A stretch of DNA of 58,488 nucleotides, filler included, from Basidioascus undulatus (lineage: Eukaryota): NCBI GenBank assembly GCA_000826855.1. It is 4 parts of 4 records of this genome, joined end to end, with 100 filler letters (N's around TTAATTAATTAA, not from the genome) between each part and the next. Parts side by side here need not be neighbours in the genome. Positions count along the whole stretch, not along the records: positions 29,312 to 43,855 come from JTLS01000720.1; positions 43,956 to 58,488 come from JTLS01000722.1; 2 more parts are not named here. The stretch is one strand, 5' to 3'. The notes under the pieces are model-generated. The model had not been told where the DNA came from, did no database searches, and saw only the letters and a program-made list of their open reading frames with translations. The translations under genes were made by a program, and so were the position numbers. The first letter of the stretch is position 1, and each line of letters begins with the position of its first letter. This document shows, piece after piece, positions 39,256 to 51,776 of this stretch.

Positions 39256-39939
39256 TACGTCGAGCCAGAAGTTGTGTTCTCTGAGCTCGTTATCGCACTG
39301 ACCCGTTTTTACGAGAACTCGACTAACTGAGGGGTGCGGGGGTTGTCGTGCGGTGGATTTCCAAGACCTCGCGGAGAGCGAGCGCTGGCTTATGACGGCT
39401 GCTTGGATGCACGAGGTTGCTGTAGGCGGTGGATAGGAGACATTCAAAGCGCGCTGCGGACAAAGGTTCATGCACCTGTTCTGAGGAGGTGGTCTAGGCG
39501 GTGTACTACTTCTTGTTGATACATGAGACTGTCGACTTTCTTGCCGTGAACGATCCCGACTTGACTTCTGCTATAAAGATCGCTGCCACGGACGCAGCGC
39601 CCGTCCACTTCAGCTGCTTTATACGCACAGAAGTTCTGGAGGAGAAATATGAGAACAGCCGAGCACCACTTCGTAGTACAAAGTTGAGATGAACCAGTTA
39701 TGCAGCTTGAAAGCAAACCCCTTGTACAGACGAATGCAGACGCAAAACCCTTGAGACTGTGGGTCATCAACGGATCAATTCGGGCAGACAGGTCCTACAC
39801 ATAAATACGCTGTGTCAATGGAATCGCTGTGTCAATGGAAACGTTGCGTCCGTCGAGCGTCTCCCTCCCTTCTTTCTTCTTTTCCGTCTGCGTCACTATC
39901 CCAACTTCTTCCCCATCACACTCTCACTCGGTGCTGATC

Positions 39940-41110
39940 ATGCCAGAAATAGTCGATGAAATTTGGTCGCGCATCTTTGATTTGACCAATGCAGACGACG
40001 CAGAAACCCTCCCTCTATTCGCGCGATGGCGCCGAGGATGAGCTGAACAGCGTCCGCGACGCTCTGGTTACCAAACGGAAACTTGAGCTGGTATGCAAGA
40101 AGTGGAAGGTTCGTCCATGCATTACCCTTTGCTCACCCAATTCCTCGATCACGACGCTTGCCAGGTTCTCATCTCTGGCGTACTGTCTTCCTCGATCTCT
40201 CGGGCACATCAACTCCCTCTTTCGCCTTTTTGTCGATCACCACTCTCGTGGAATGGTGACCGGCCGGCACGTTCGCTGCCTCATTGTTGCGATCCCCCAG
40301 CCTGGGTCGATCACCATCCTACTCGATCACACCAGACTCACCAGCCTCATCGGCTTTCTCACGCACCTTCGAGCCTTTCGGACTGCCGCCCTTCTGTTTC
40401 ATGTGTGACACAGGACCCGCTGTTTTGATGTCACTTGTCCGCAGCTGTGCATCGACTCTCACTCCTCCGCATCGGTGTTGTCGATGAAGCTTTTGGTTCT
40501 TCGCTCAAGCTGCTTCTCTCGTCAATCTCCGCTCCTTGCACCTGCTCAGCATATGAACAGATTTAGAATCCGTTCAAGTGGGTAGTGTGACTCTTTCGAA
40601 GCTCGAGCTACTTCACTACTACGTATTCCGATAACTGGCAGCCTATCTTCTACAACGTCATGGCGGTCTGCATGAACTGAGTCTTCGGTTCGTTGAAGCG
40701 ACCCAAGTCATTTCGGGCCTCGACTTGCTCTGCCCGGCATTACGTGTCCTCCGATTGGGGAGCATGTGCGAACTTGAGCTCCTCGTCCGGCTATCGAACA
40801 ACATTCATACCTTGGTCATCGATCGCCCCGAAATGTCCTATGACCAGTGTTTCCAGGCGGTCCTCAGTATAGAGAACCTCGTCGCAGGGCGCTTTCTCAC
40901 TTACGTGCGGTCGTTCTACCTCTGTGTTTGAAAACGTTGCTTGGCCTGTCCTCCTCGGACTTGGATCAGGCCGAAAGGGGATTTTCGGTTTGTTCGTGCG
41001 CTTGGCTCTGAGTTTGACAGCGAAGGGGATCGTGTTGCGAGACTGTAAGGAGAACACATTGGGAGCACTCTCCGATGCCGCGCGCAATGTCCAGCAGCAC
41101 CCATGATACA
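39940..41110 (+). pseudogene. degenerate F-box/LRR-type gene
   Basis: DEIWSRIF ... KRKLELVCKKW (F-box-like, split across frames) and later LRVLRL / IHTLVI LRR-like pieces, with multiple stops. Confidence 0.55.
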
Positions 41111-41620
41111 CGATTAGAGGCTCGGACTGGCTCCGTAGTCCGTCGGCTTGCTCTGGAAACCCTTGAAAGATCCTGTGCTCGAGTGGTTGAAGATTGCCAT
41201 TGGGAAGGGCCCCCCGATGTCTGCCCCATGATCATGAGTCGTGCATGCACAGAAGTTACCCTGATCTGCTCGAAAGATCCTGAGCTCGAATGGCTGAAGA
41301 TCGGGTAGCGATCCGGATCAAGGGGGGATGGCATTTCCTTCATTCCAGATGTCTGGCTTTGGCCTGGCTCCCAAGCCCGTTTGTCGGAAGCGCAAGCTCT
41401 CGTCAAAACGGCTCGACTAGCCCACCGTCAGGCAGATCGTCTGTGTCCCACACATAGATACCCATCTGAGGCATTTCGCCGCGCCAGACCAAGAGACGCC
41501 CTCGAAAGTCGCGCAGCATCGGTCCCCAAAAGCAAGTGCTCGCTTATGCCCGATGCATTTTGTGACTGTCCCGCCCACCGCGCCCCAACAAACCTTCCAA
41601 ATCTATCATGCCGCTCCGCA

Positions 41621-42959
41621 TCAGAACAGGAGCGAGAACGGATAGCCTGCCATGTCCGCCGCGCAATCGAGTCATCATCAACCTCAGTTAGCTGTCGTAT
41701 TATGGAATGAAGACGAGAGGAAACAGATGACGCACCGCCCTGCTTTATCCGGAATACAGACATGAGCATGCTGAAGGTGATGACGAGCACGGCGACCCAG
41801 AGGTAGACGCCAACGCGCTGGCGCTTGGGGTTGTCGACTTTGGGAAGCGTGATGGAGAGGAAGAGGACGGAGGCTGCGCAGATGCCGTCTGTGCGCGTTG
41901 ATCAACTCTCGCGTCAGCGCCATCAACGCAGAGACATGGGCGCGCGAGAAGAAGGTGAGAAGCCCGACGCACAAATCATGCTGACTATTTGGACCTCGAT
42001 TCCATACATGTTGCTGTACCCCTGCGCGATGTACTGGACGCGCCCAGAGCCGTCGCGGGCCATGACCATCTGGGGCGGCTTGCGGATCTGCGTCCACATG
42101 TACCCGCTGATGAGGGGCATGATCGCGGCCATCACGACGGCGGCCCACGCCCAGCGGTTGGTGAGCAGCGGGCCGAGGAAGCGCGACCACGTCGCGCGCG
42201 CGAAGGCGGCCGCGCCCAAGAGGGACGCGAGCGTCACGAACAGCTTCGTGTAGTCGAAGGGGACGGTGTAGGTCACGGGGAAGGGAGAGTGCGCGGAGAG
42301 GAATGACGCGACGTTCTGGGCGGAGAAACCGCTGTGGGGGAGGGAAGGAGAACGTTAGTAGGCAATGAGCGGGGTGAGGGGGACAGAGGGAACGACGCAC
42401 AGTCGGTTGAAGTCATAGCTTTGGAACTCGCCGCGGTTGGAGGAGGTCGAGGGAGGGAGGTATTGGAGGTTCGGTGCGGAGGCAAGGCCGAGCTGAAGGG
42501 TGCATGTGGGAGTGAGCAAGGAGAGGAAAATGGCCTGGGCATGAGGAGAGGGAGACGCACACGCTGGAAGATGTCCCGCCCGTCCCTAAAGTCCAGCGTC
42601 GCAAAGAACAGCTTGTCCTTGTTCTCAGACCGCTTAAACTGCTTAGCGAGCGCCTTGAACTGGGGATCGAACTCCCTGCCATCCGTTCCCCGTCAGTCCG
42701 CCCAGCTCCTGGAACCGACCACAGGCCACGGGACGCACCTGCACGGTGCGCAGTTGAACTCGGGTCCCAGCGCAGTGAGGACGACTGCGACGCCGTAGTC
42801 GCGCGGCTTGGCGACGAGCTCGTCGTACAGCGCCGAGTTGAGCTTGATCACGTTGTTGCTGGATTTGGATGCGAGCGAGGAGAACTTGGCATGTGCTTCG
42901 GGCGAAGCGGAGGCGAGAAGCGCGAGCACCGGGAGGGAGAGGAGCGAGAGAAGACGCAT
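41621..42959 (-). CDS. OST3: oligosaccharyltransferase subunit OST3/OST6 (thioredoxin-like)
   Basis: Signal peptide, PRDYGVAVVLTAL, CAPC (CxxC), FFATLDF, SGYMWTQIRKPP and YGIEVQIV. It ends FRIKQGG/YPFSLLF-TGA. Confidence 0.95.
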
Positions 42960-43370
42960 GGTTTGAATGGCCCTTGAGGTGGGACGATGAGGGTAATGGG
43001 TGAAATTGAAGAGGGAGGGGAAGGAGGAGAGAAAACAGCCGGATGTTGCGGAGATGAGCTGGCTCGCAGCGCTGCGTTCGACCGGCGCAGGAGAGTGACC
43101 AGCGAAAGAAGCCTGCCGTCCAAATGAAATAATTTCCTATCAGCCCACTTTCAGTGTATTTGAGAGACGAAAGGCACTGACGAGGAGGAGGAGGTGATGA
43201 AGGTCGACCGGAAGGACACGACGACATCCGCGCTGGAAGGGCGCGCTCGGGCCGAAGTGCCGTTCGAGGGGCAGACTACCAATTTCACTAATAACTTTGC
43301 TAGCAGTCTCTTCAAGCCTTTTGTTATTGCCGGGAAGTGCGCTTCTCCAACTCGCCCCGCGACCCTCATC

Positions 43371-43855
43371 ATGTCCGCTGCTCCTCCTCCCCCCGCCCCG
43401 CGCTCAGACCGTTACCGCTCGCCCCCGCCACACGCGCGCGGCGGAGGATACGACGACCGCAGCCGTGACCGCGACCGCGGCTATCACGACCGCTACCGCG
43501 ACCGGGACGGCGAATACGACCGCGACCGGCGCGGTGGTGGCGGTGCACCGGGGGGCTACGGTGGTGGACGCGGGCGGAGCAAGAGCCCCGATCGCCGGGG
43601 TGGGTACAGGGATTTGGATAGACCGGATGATGCGCTGGGAGGAGGGAGGAGGGACCGAGGTGCGTTCTGAGCGCCAGCGCTCTGGCTGCGAACGAATGAG
43701 GACGCTGATGAGGGCTTGGTGCACACAGACTACAGAGACCGCGACAGGGACTACCGATCGGGCGGTGGCGGGCGGGGCCACCACGATGCGCGAGGGTACC
43801 GCGACTCGCGCGACCGACGCTCCGGCCCGCCACCGCCCCCGGCCCGCGGCGTCGG
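43371..43855 (+). CDS. 5' part of an Arg/Asp/Gly-rich (RS/RD-type) putative RNA-processing protein, cut by the contig end
   Basis: MSAAPPPPAPRSDRYRSPPP...DRDRGY...RGRSKSPDRR, with one intron at ~43660-43728. Confidence 0.65.
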
Positions 43856-43955
43856 NNNNNNNNNNNNNNNNNNNNNNNNNNNNNNNNNNNNNNNNNNNNT
43901 TAATTAATTAANNNNNNNNNNNNNNNNNNNNNNNNNNNNNNNNNNNNNNNNNNNN
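43856..43955. other. artificial contig linker
   Basis: N44-TTAATTAATTAA-N44. Confidence 0.99.
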
Positions 43956-44877
43956 CCCACCCGCCGCACCCCGACCCCCAGCCCCCCATCGCTGTAGCTC
44001 CCCCACGCGCGCACCTCTCCGCCGGAGGAGAGCGCGAGCGAGTGGTAGTCCCCCTGTGCGAGGGCGATCACGCTTGAGGCCTGGAGCGCGGGGAGCGCAG
44101 TGGGCGGGGTTATGGGGGTGGTGGAGGACGTGCCGGAGAGGACGGTGTGCGGAGTGAGAACATGGAAAGTCCGGTATTGGGCGCTGATGTGCGTGATTTG
44201 GTGCGTTTCGGGAGGGGGCGCGGGGGAAGGCGCATGGAAGGTGGGGTGCTCGCGGACGCAGTCGAGCTCCGAGAAGAGGGGGAGCTGGCCACCAAGAATC
44301 AAATCAGCCTTCTTCGAAGAGGTCGCAGAATGTTGAGGACAAACTCACATATTCCCCCCCCCTCTCCCCGCGCTCAAACAATGCCTCGAGTACCCTCCTT
44401 CTCGCGAGCGGACCCACCCCCGCCTGCACAGCAAGCGAGACCTTATACACCCTCCCCTCAGCCGTAAGCGCCAAAACAAAGTCCTCGCCCGCGGCGATGC
44501 GCGCGACGCGGCGAGTGTCGGGAACTCGGGGGAGGAGGAGCATGGGGGTGTCGAGCTCGAAAGGCGCGGGGGTGTGCAGGACGCGTGCGTCGGGGTCGAG
44601 CGCGGGCGGGTGGGGGAGGGAGGACGTGAGGGAGGAGTATTGGGATTCGACTTCCCTGGGCCAGAAGACGAGGATGTCGGAGGAGGTGGGGGAGGGGGAC
44701 GGGGAGGTGAAGAGTATGGTGGAGTGGTCCCACCCTGCTGCGATGGCGGTTATGCTTGCGCGCGAGCCAGGAAGGAGGTGTGGGGTTGCGATCCGGTGGG
44801 GGAGCCCGAAGGATGTGGACTGATAGAGCGCGGGCGGGGACGAGGAGGAGAGGAAGAGCGCGTGCTTGCGGCCACAG
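43956..44877 (-). pseudogene. internal part of an RCC1/BLIP-II repeat protein (Saf1-like); 5' part replaced by UPF1, 3' part cut by the gap
   Basis: CGRKHALFL, ITAIAAGWDHS, IAAGEDFVLALTAEGRVY, ITHISAQY and AQGDYHSLALSSGGEVRAWGSYSDGGLG. Confidence 0.8.
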
Positions 44878-44958
44878 CTGTTCACAACGCCGGAGCAGGT
44901 AAGCCACGGGCTCGGGGGTCCGGGGAGGGAGAATGAAGGGAGAGAAAAAGGCACGCAC

Positions 44959-46376
44959 TGTTCGGCACCTTAATGACGTGCCCGACGCCCTCCCACCCCT
45001 CCGCCGAGTAGCGCAGCCGGAGCTCGTCGCCGACGGCGAGCTTGACCTCGCCTGACTCGAGTTTGGGCATGCAGAACCAGGCGATGCGCTTCTGGTTGAG
45101 GCCGATGTCCCAGCGGACGACGATGTCGTTCTGCGTCTGAGCCTCCTTGAGCCGCTTGTCGTAGTCGGCCTCGATCTTGACCAGGGGTCCGAAGATGTTC
45201 TGGTACTGATATGCGTCTTCGTACCTGGACGGCGCATACCAAGTCAGCTGGTGAGGGATGGAGGGAAGGAGGGAAAGCCGGAGACGGAAAGGTGCGAAGG
45301 TAGGGAAGCAAGGGAGGGGAAGAGGGGGAGAGAGAAGGGGAGGGAACGCACTTGAGCAAGATTGGCTGCGGCTCGTCGTCGACGCCTGGGCGGTCGAGGT
45401 CCTCGAGCGTCGCGCGCGCGTTGTCCTTCCAAAGCTCCTCGAGGCGGTTGATCTGGTGGTACGAGATCTGGCGCGCGCGGAGCTGCTCGTGCTCGGAGGG
45501 CACCTTGACGAGCCAGGTGAGGAAGGAGCGGTCCTCGATGAGAGGGGCCCACTGTGAGGGAGCGTCAGCGAGCCGAGAGGGAGTGGGAAATGGAGAATGG
45601 AAGGCAGGAAGGAGGGGAAAGGTAGGGGAGAGGGAACGCACTTGAGAGGTGTCCCAGACTATATCGCGCGAGCCGGTCATGGCCGCGCAGGGCTGCCTGT
45701 TCCCACCAAGCCAAAGCGCCTCAATCACAGGGTGGAGAGAGAGGGAGCAAGAAAGGTGGCTGCACGCACCGACACAGCAGCACGACCACCGTATCGCTCT
45801 TGGCCGGAATGAACCCGAGCATAAACACGTTCTTGCTCCCGCAGTTGTAGCACTCGGGGGCAGTCTCGCCGAGGGGCGACTCGGGGTGGAGCTGGACCTC
45901 CTTGTGCTTTGCGCGGACGAGGTGGTTCACGATGTGCGAGCCCGAGGTGGAGCCGCGGGCGTTGCAGAACCACTTGTTGCAGATACAGCACTTGACGACG
46001 CACGCAGGGTTGTGGATTCCGCAGTAGCTGTCCGCCCATCGGTCATCCTGAATTCCCTATACAAACCCGGGGTAAAAGGGAGGGTAACCCACGCGCAAGC
46101 ATGCTCCGGCAGATCGCCCTTCAAGTCCTCGAGCACCAGGTCCTCCTCGTCGAGCCCGTGCCCGTGCTTCGCTCGCGGCTGCACGGAGAGATCCTCAAAG
46201 TTGAGCTCGAGGTTGTCGATCGCGCTCGTGCCGTCGTCGGCGTGGTGATGGTGGTCCTGGTGGTGGCGGTGGGAGGAGGGGAGTGCCTGGGAGTGGGCGG
46301 CGGTGGTGGACGTGCGGACAGACTCGCCGCCGTACGAGTAGGACGACTGCGCGTCGAGAGCGTCAAAGTCGTCCAT
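44959..46376 (-). pseudogene. UPF1: UPF1/NAM7 N-terminal portion (CH zinc domain + 1B), helicase core missing
   Basis: [100 protein letters not shown] and [12 protein letters not shown]. No Walker A (GPPGTGKT) follows. Confidence 0.93.
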
Positions 46377-46779
46377 TCTGGGTACGGAGAGCGTGGAGAT
46401 GAGAATGTGGTATGAGGAGGAGGACGAGGTGTTGGGGATGAGGTCGAGGGCGGCATCAATGCTATCCAGATCTCGGGAATTTAGTAGCCGAAATGCTATC
46501 GGCGTATAGCGCGTCTTCCTTGGCCGAGCTACTCCCCACCATCTCTTTATCACTCACGCATACACTCACAATCACATCCTCATAAAAACCACTGCAATCG
46601 AGTAGATCTGCAGGGTTACCGTATCCCCCACTCGAAATCCTCCCACTCCCCTCTCCTCCCCCCGCCCGGTCTTCGTCCCTCCCCTGACTCGACCCGGCGT
46701 CTTCTCAATCTACCCGAGCTTCTCCCTCCGCTCTACTCTCATCTTGCTTGATTTAATTTAGGGCCATCTTATTTTCGCA

Positions 46780-49328
46780 ATGAAGATCACGGACAAGCTG
46801 CAACAAGCAGCCTCCTCGGGCGCACCTGCCTTTTCCCTTGAGTTGTCCGTCGCTCCATCCCTCCTTCCTCCTCCCCCCCATCTCACCCCCTCCTCTCTCC
46901 AGTTTCCCCCCAAAGACTGAACAGGCACATACCCTCCTCTCTCCTCTCCTACCCCTGGGCTCCCCTGAATCTAATCGGAGGACGATGGGGCAGGGCTTCA
47001 CCAACCTCCGCACGCGCCTGCACCGCCTCTCGCTCCTCCAGCCCACCTTTGTGAGCATCACCTGGGGCGCGGGCGGGTCGACCGAGGAGCGCACGATGGA
47101 CCTTGCCGCTGCCGCGCGCGAGCTCGGGCTCGACGTCCTCCTACACCTGACCTGCACCAACATGGAGAAGGACAAGCTCGACAGTGCGCTTAAGCGGGCC
47201 AAGGAGATGGGGATCCAGAACGTCCTAGCTCTGAGAGGTGACGCCCCCCGCGGACACGAGTACTGGATCTCCACCGATGACCGCTTCCAGCACGGGTCTG
47301 ACCTCGTGCGCTACATCCGCGAGCAGCACGGGGACTATTTCTGCATCGGTGTTGCGGGTGCGTCTTTCCCTCTCTTCCCCAACAATTCCACAAAGCTGAA
47401 TATTTTTGGGGACAGGCTACCCCGAAGGCCACGCCGACTCGTCCGACAAGTCGGCCGACGTTGCCCACCTCAAGATTAAGATCGACGCCGGCGCGGACTT
47501 TGTCATCACCCAGCTCTTCTACGACTGCGACGCGTACCTGCGTTGGCTACGCGAGTGTCGGAAGGCTGGTGGGTCCTCCATGTTCTCTTGAGAGGAGGGG
47601 GCCTGGAACTGATGGGACGGAGAGGCAGGCATCAACGTCCCCATCATCCCCGGCATCATGCCCATCCAGAACGTCTCCTCCCTCCGGCGCATGACCAACC
47701 TCTGCGGCGCGACGCTCCCGCACGTCATCGCCGAGCACCTGGAGCCCATCAAGGTCCATCTCTCCCCCCCTCCCTCGCTCCCCCTCCCACTCACCCGCTC
47801 TCAAACAGCATGACGACGCGACCGTCAAAGACTACGGGATCTCGCTTTCGACCTCCATGATCACGACGCTCATGCGCACGACGCAGTCCGACGCCGAGAC
47901 GTACGGCCCGCTCGCCGTGCGCGCCGCACACTTTTGCACGCTCAACCTTGAAAAGAGCGTGCGCCGGATTCTGGAGAACCTGGGATGGCAGGGCGGGCTG
48001 GACAGCGCGAGTCTGGAGGAGAGCGGGCTGCTGCAGGCGGAGCGGGAGCGGGACGAGGAGCGGCGGAAGAACGAGATTGCGCGGTTGGGGAACCGGCTCG
48101 TCGCTCAGGTATGCTCCTTCCACCTGCTTCCCTTCTTTCCTCATCTGATCGTCAATGGACGGGGGCAGAACAACTCTGCCTACACCACGCCCACCTCCGC
48201 CCCGCCCCCCCTGACAATCTCCGCGCACGAGGCCGCCCTGCGCGCGCAGCACTCGTTCGTCGCGCACCCCCCCTCCGAAGCGTCCGGCCTCCCACCCTCA
48301 AGCAAGACCTCCGCGGGGGGGAACTCCCTCTGGGACGAGTTCCCGAACGGGCGGTACGGGGACGTGCGGTCCCCCGCGTACGGCGAGCTGGACGGGTGGG
48401 GCACGGGGCTGAAGATCACCCCGCAACAAGCGCTCGCGCAGTGGGGCACGCCCGTCGACACGCACGACCTCACGCACATCTTCCTCGCCTACCTCGCCGG
48501 GCGCATCCCCTCCCTGCCCTGGTTCGAGGACCCCCTCCACGCAGAGTCGGAAACTATCATGCCGTACCTTCGCGCGTTCGCGCGGCGCGGGTGGTGGACC
48601 GTCGGCTCGCAGCCCGCCGTCGACGGCGCGCGCTCGGACGACCCCGTGTTTGGGTTTGGGCCGCGCGGGGGCTGGATCTTCCAGAAGGCGTTTGTGGAGT
48701 TCTGGGTGCCCAGGGGGGAGCTGGAGGAGCTCGTCCGGCGGCTGGAGAAGTGGGAAGGGGGCGGGTACTATGCGGGGAATAGGAAGGTGCGTGCAGCGGG
48801 CTTGGCTGCTTTCCCCGCTGGAGCGGGAGGACTGATGGAACGGCTACAGGGAGAGTTCAGGACGAACTTTTTGCCTGATGCGATCAACGCCGTCACGTGG
48901 GGTATCTTCCCCGGGAAGGAGATCGTCCAGTCTACGATCATCGAGGAGGTGTCCTTCAACGCGTGGAAAGTCCGTTCCCCGTTTCCCCCTCTTCCTCTCC
49001 CTTTCCCTCACCCGCTGATCTGGTAATGTCATGTTGTATTACCGGGACGGGATGGGATGCGGAAACAGGAGGAGGCCTTCGACATCTGGCGCGAGTGGGC
49101 GATGCTCTACCCTGCGCAGAGCGCGAGCCGCAAGCTCCTGGACAGCATCGGCGAGGAGTACTGGCTCGTCAGCGTTGTCTATCACGATTGTCCGCCTTCC
49201 CCTTCCTCTCCTGCGCGTTCTCGTCTCGGATCTGATCCGGCGCAGCAGACAAAGATGCCGACGGCCTCTGGCGCTTCTTGCTCGGGGACGAGGCGACGAA
49301 CGGCGCCGACGTCGACGGGAAGCAATGA
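46780..49328 (+). CDS. MET12: methylenetetrahydrofolate reductase (Met12-type)
   Basis: SLEFFPPKTEQ/GFTNL, ITWGAGGST, HLTCTNM, LALRGDAP, IGVAGYPEGH, ITQLFYD, PGIMPIQ; regulatory domain WDEFPNGRYGDVRSPAYGE, QKAFVEF, NAVTWGIFP. It ends DGKQ-TGA. Confidence 0.93.
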
Positions 49329-49889
49329 TGGATGGATGGACCCTTTTGTTTTGCCTGCGGTAGTGCGACGGGGCGGCGGGAAGGATCCAGCTGCCCAGCA
49401 CACGGATCAGGCTCTTATATCATCATCACATTGCATTCGATTTCATGTCTGGATTGTGGATTGTTGTGGGCGGTGGCAGACCGATCGGTGGGTGGGACGC
49501 GATGGGCGCGGAAAGAGGCGATGTAGCTGGAATGGCTCATCAGCGGCACTAGGAGGAACGCGGTGCGCCGCAACCGCAGGTGGTGCGATGCGCGGCCGGA
49601 GGCTTGTATGCAGGCAGCACCGCATCGTTGCTCTGTTGAAGTTACTGATTAGTTCTTCACATGGGCCTGCGCAGAAGACTTCAAATCATGTGCTTGAGCG
49701 AGATGTCCATTGATGCGGTGTTGCGCAAAGCGGTTGCAAACGTCTGCCACAAGTACAGCTCAGACCACAGACACAGTTGAGAGCGGACCTTCGCAGTCAC
49801 AATGTTTGTCGAACTCCCCTAGTATTACACTAGTATATGCTTGAAAATGCGAAGGAACGTACGGAGGAAGGGAGGCAAGGACGCAACCG

Positions 49890-50456
49890 CACCTGGAACC
49901 CCGTCAGCGCACGCCCGTCGTCCCGCTCGTCGTCTCCCGCGCGGTCTTCTCCATCCGCCTCGTCCGACGCATCGACGCCCCACAGCTGCGTGCCGAGCTT
50001 GATGTCCAGCACGTTCGGGTGTACGAAGCGGTGCGTCAGGTTCTCGATCACGAGGGACTGCTGCGGTCTTGTCAGCCTCCTCAATTCCTCTCCTCGCAAG
50101 GACCAAGAAATAGGAGTTGGAAGGACAGGAAGATGAAGACAGTGACCTACCTTCCTAGGCGCATCCACCTCTTCCACCGCCTTATGCACCACCCCCTCTC
50201 CATCGCCCCGCACAATCCTGTCTGCCTCCCCAGTCTTCCAGCCCCTCCTTCCCCTCCAGCCGGAGCGTCCCAAAGAACCTCTGGACGAAGCGCGCGAGAG
50301 GCGCGTATGCGGGGGTCGACGAAAGCGCGGTGTAAAAGTCGTGCTCGAGCGGCGGGCACGGCTTGATCACTGTGTCGCCTGAGGAGGAGAGCTCGCCCGC
50401 GTGGTCGCCTACTTGGGAGGCGAGGGAAAGAGGGACGTGGTGAGGGGGTCGGACAT
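49890..50456 (-). pseudogene. inositol polyphosphate kinase (Arg82/IPMK-like), frameshifted and 3'-truncated
   Basis: QVGDH, VIKPCPPLEHDFY, FFGTLRLEG, LVIENLT..PNVLDIKLG (PxxxDxKxG), then RMEKTARETTS..GVR in a second frame and LTGFQV. The C-lobe IDF motif was not found. Confidence 0.85.
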
Positions 50457-50872
50457 TGGGGAGGATGGGGGTGATGCGGAGAAGGGTGCTGCGAGGGGAA
50501 GGAAAGCGAGCCGCGACGGGATGGCCAGACTTGACTGGGAGCTTAATAGAACAATGAAAGAATCAGGCAATCAGTCTCGACAGTCAGGATGAGTATGTGT
50601 TGAGTAATGCGAGTATCACAAGTGTAGGATCAATGTGCGAGGAGACTGGGATGATGAAGGCAGGACACACGCGACTGCGAACGACTCGGCAGCAACAACT
50701 TTGTGTGAGCTCTCTTCCTCTGACCACCATCTCCCAGCAACGCCTCATCTTCTCCTAGGCGCCCTTTCTCTTTCTTGAATTCCACATAAACCCCCACTAG
50801 TCCCAAGTACATCCCGCCTCCAAGCACCCCGACGCTCCACTCGATTACCGCCCACCGCCCACCGCCACCGCC

Positions 50873-51776
50873 ATGCCCGTCCCCTTCCCCCTCCCTCGCC
50901 AACCAAGCAACACCCTCATCCTGACCTCCCTCCCCCCCACATTCTTCACACCGCTCTCCCCCCTCCAAACGACCCTCCGCCAAGCAGTGGAGCACTTCGG
51001 CACGCTCCACACCTGGGCGCCGCTCCGCAACTTCGGCCGCGTCCTCGTGGTTTTCTGGGAGGAGGAGGCGGCCGACCTGTGTCGCGCTGCGATCGACCAG
51101 CTCGAGGTCGGCAAGGGCGGGGAGGCGCTCGAGTGGGAGGATGTGAAGAGCCATGGGGGGCTGAGTGCGGATGAGGTGGAGCGGGAGGAGGGGGCGGGAC
51201 CGACGACGGGGGTGGTGAATGATGAGCAACCGACTGGGTGAGTACTCACAGTTTACCCTATACCTCATCTTGTCCCTATCCCAATTCCATGGCTTATTGA
51301 TCCCTCCCTGCAGGTTCATCCTCCGCGTCTTCCCCCTCCCCCCAACAGACCTCTCCACCTCCCTCGCGCCGGCGCACCTCGCGCCCCCACCAACCGACAA
51401 GAACTTCCTGATCTCCCCTCCCGGCTCCCCTCCTGTAGGGTGGGAGCCCATTCGGGAAGAGCCCCCCAACGCAGAAACACTCGCGGACGACCTCATGCGC
51501 GCGCTGACGCAGCTTCAGGCGCAGCAGCAGCCCGCGCCGACGGAAGAGGTCGTGCTCGTGCGCGCAGGGGACGCGGGAGAGGAGGGGGAAGTGATGGTTA
51601 CTGTGAAGGACTTTTCTGATGGGGGTGCGGAGGGAGGGAGGGACACTCCGCCCGTGAAGGGTATTGGGCTGGTGCGGGCGGGGAGGGACGCCATGCTCGG
51701 CATCGGGGGAAATGCCGGCGGCGGGGGAGGCGGAGCTCAGAGGATCACACCGACGGGGAGACCGCCGTTGGCATGA
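50873..51776 (+). CDS. RCN1: calcipressin / regulator of calcineurin (RCAN, Rcn1/Cbp1)
   Basis: RRM-like N-terminus (NTLILT..WAPLRNFGRVLVVF), signature FLISPPGSPPVGWEPIREEPPN and C-terminal PTGRPP. One intron at ~51238-51313. Confidence 0.93.

Noticed and set aside
43956..46376. A functional in-frame UPF1-RCC1 fusion protein
   Set aside because: The intron phases do not match (1 vs 2), so the spliced product terminates early.
22330..49328. A 'methylation cluster' of DNMT1 + SET protein + MTHFR
   Set aside because: The three genes lie on three different concatenated contigs, so there is no real linkage, and the SET gene is disrupted.
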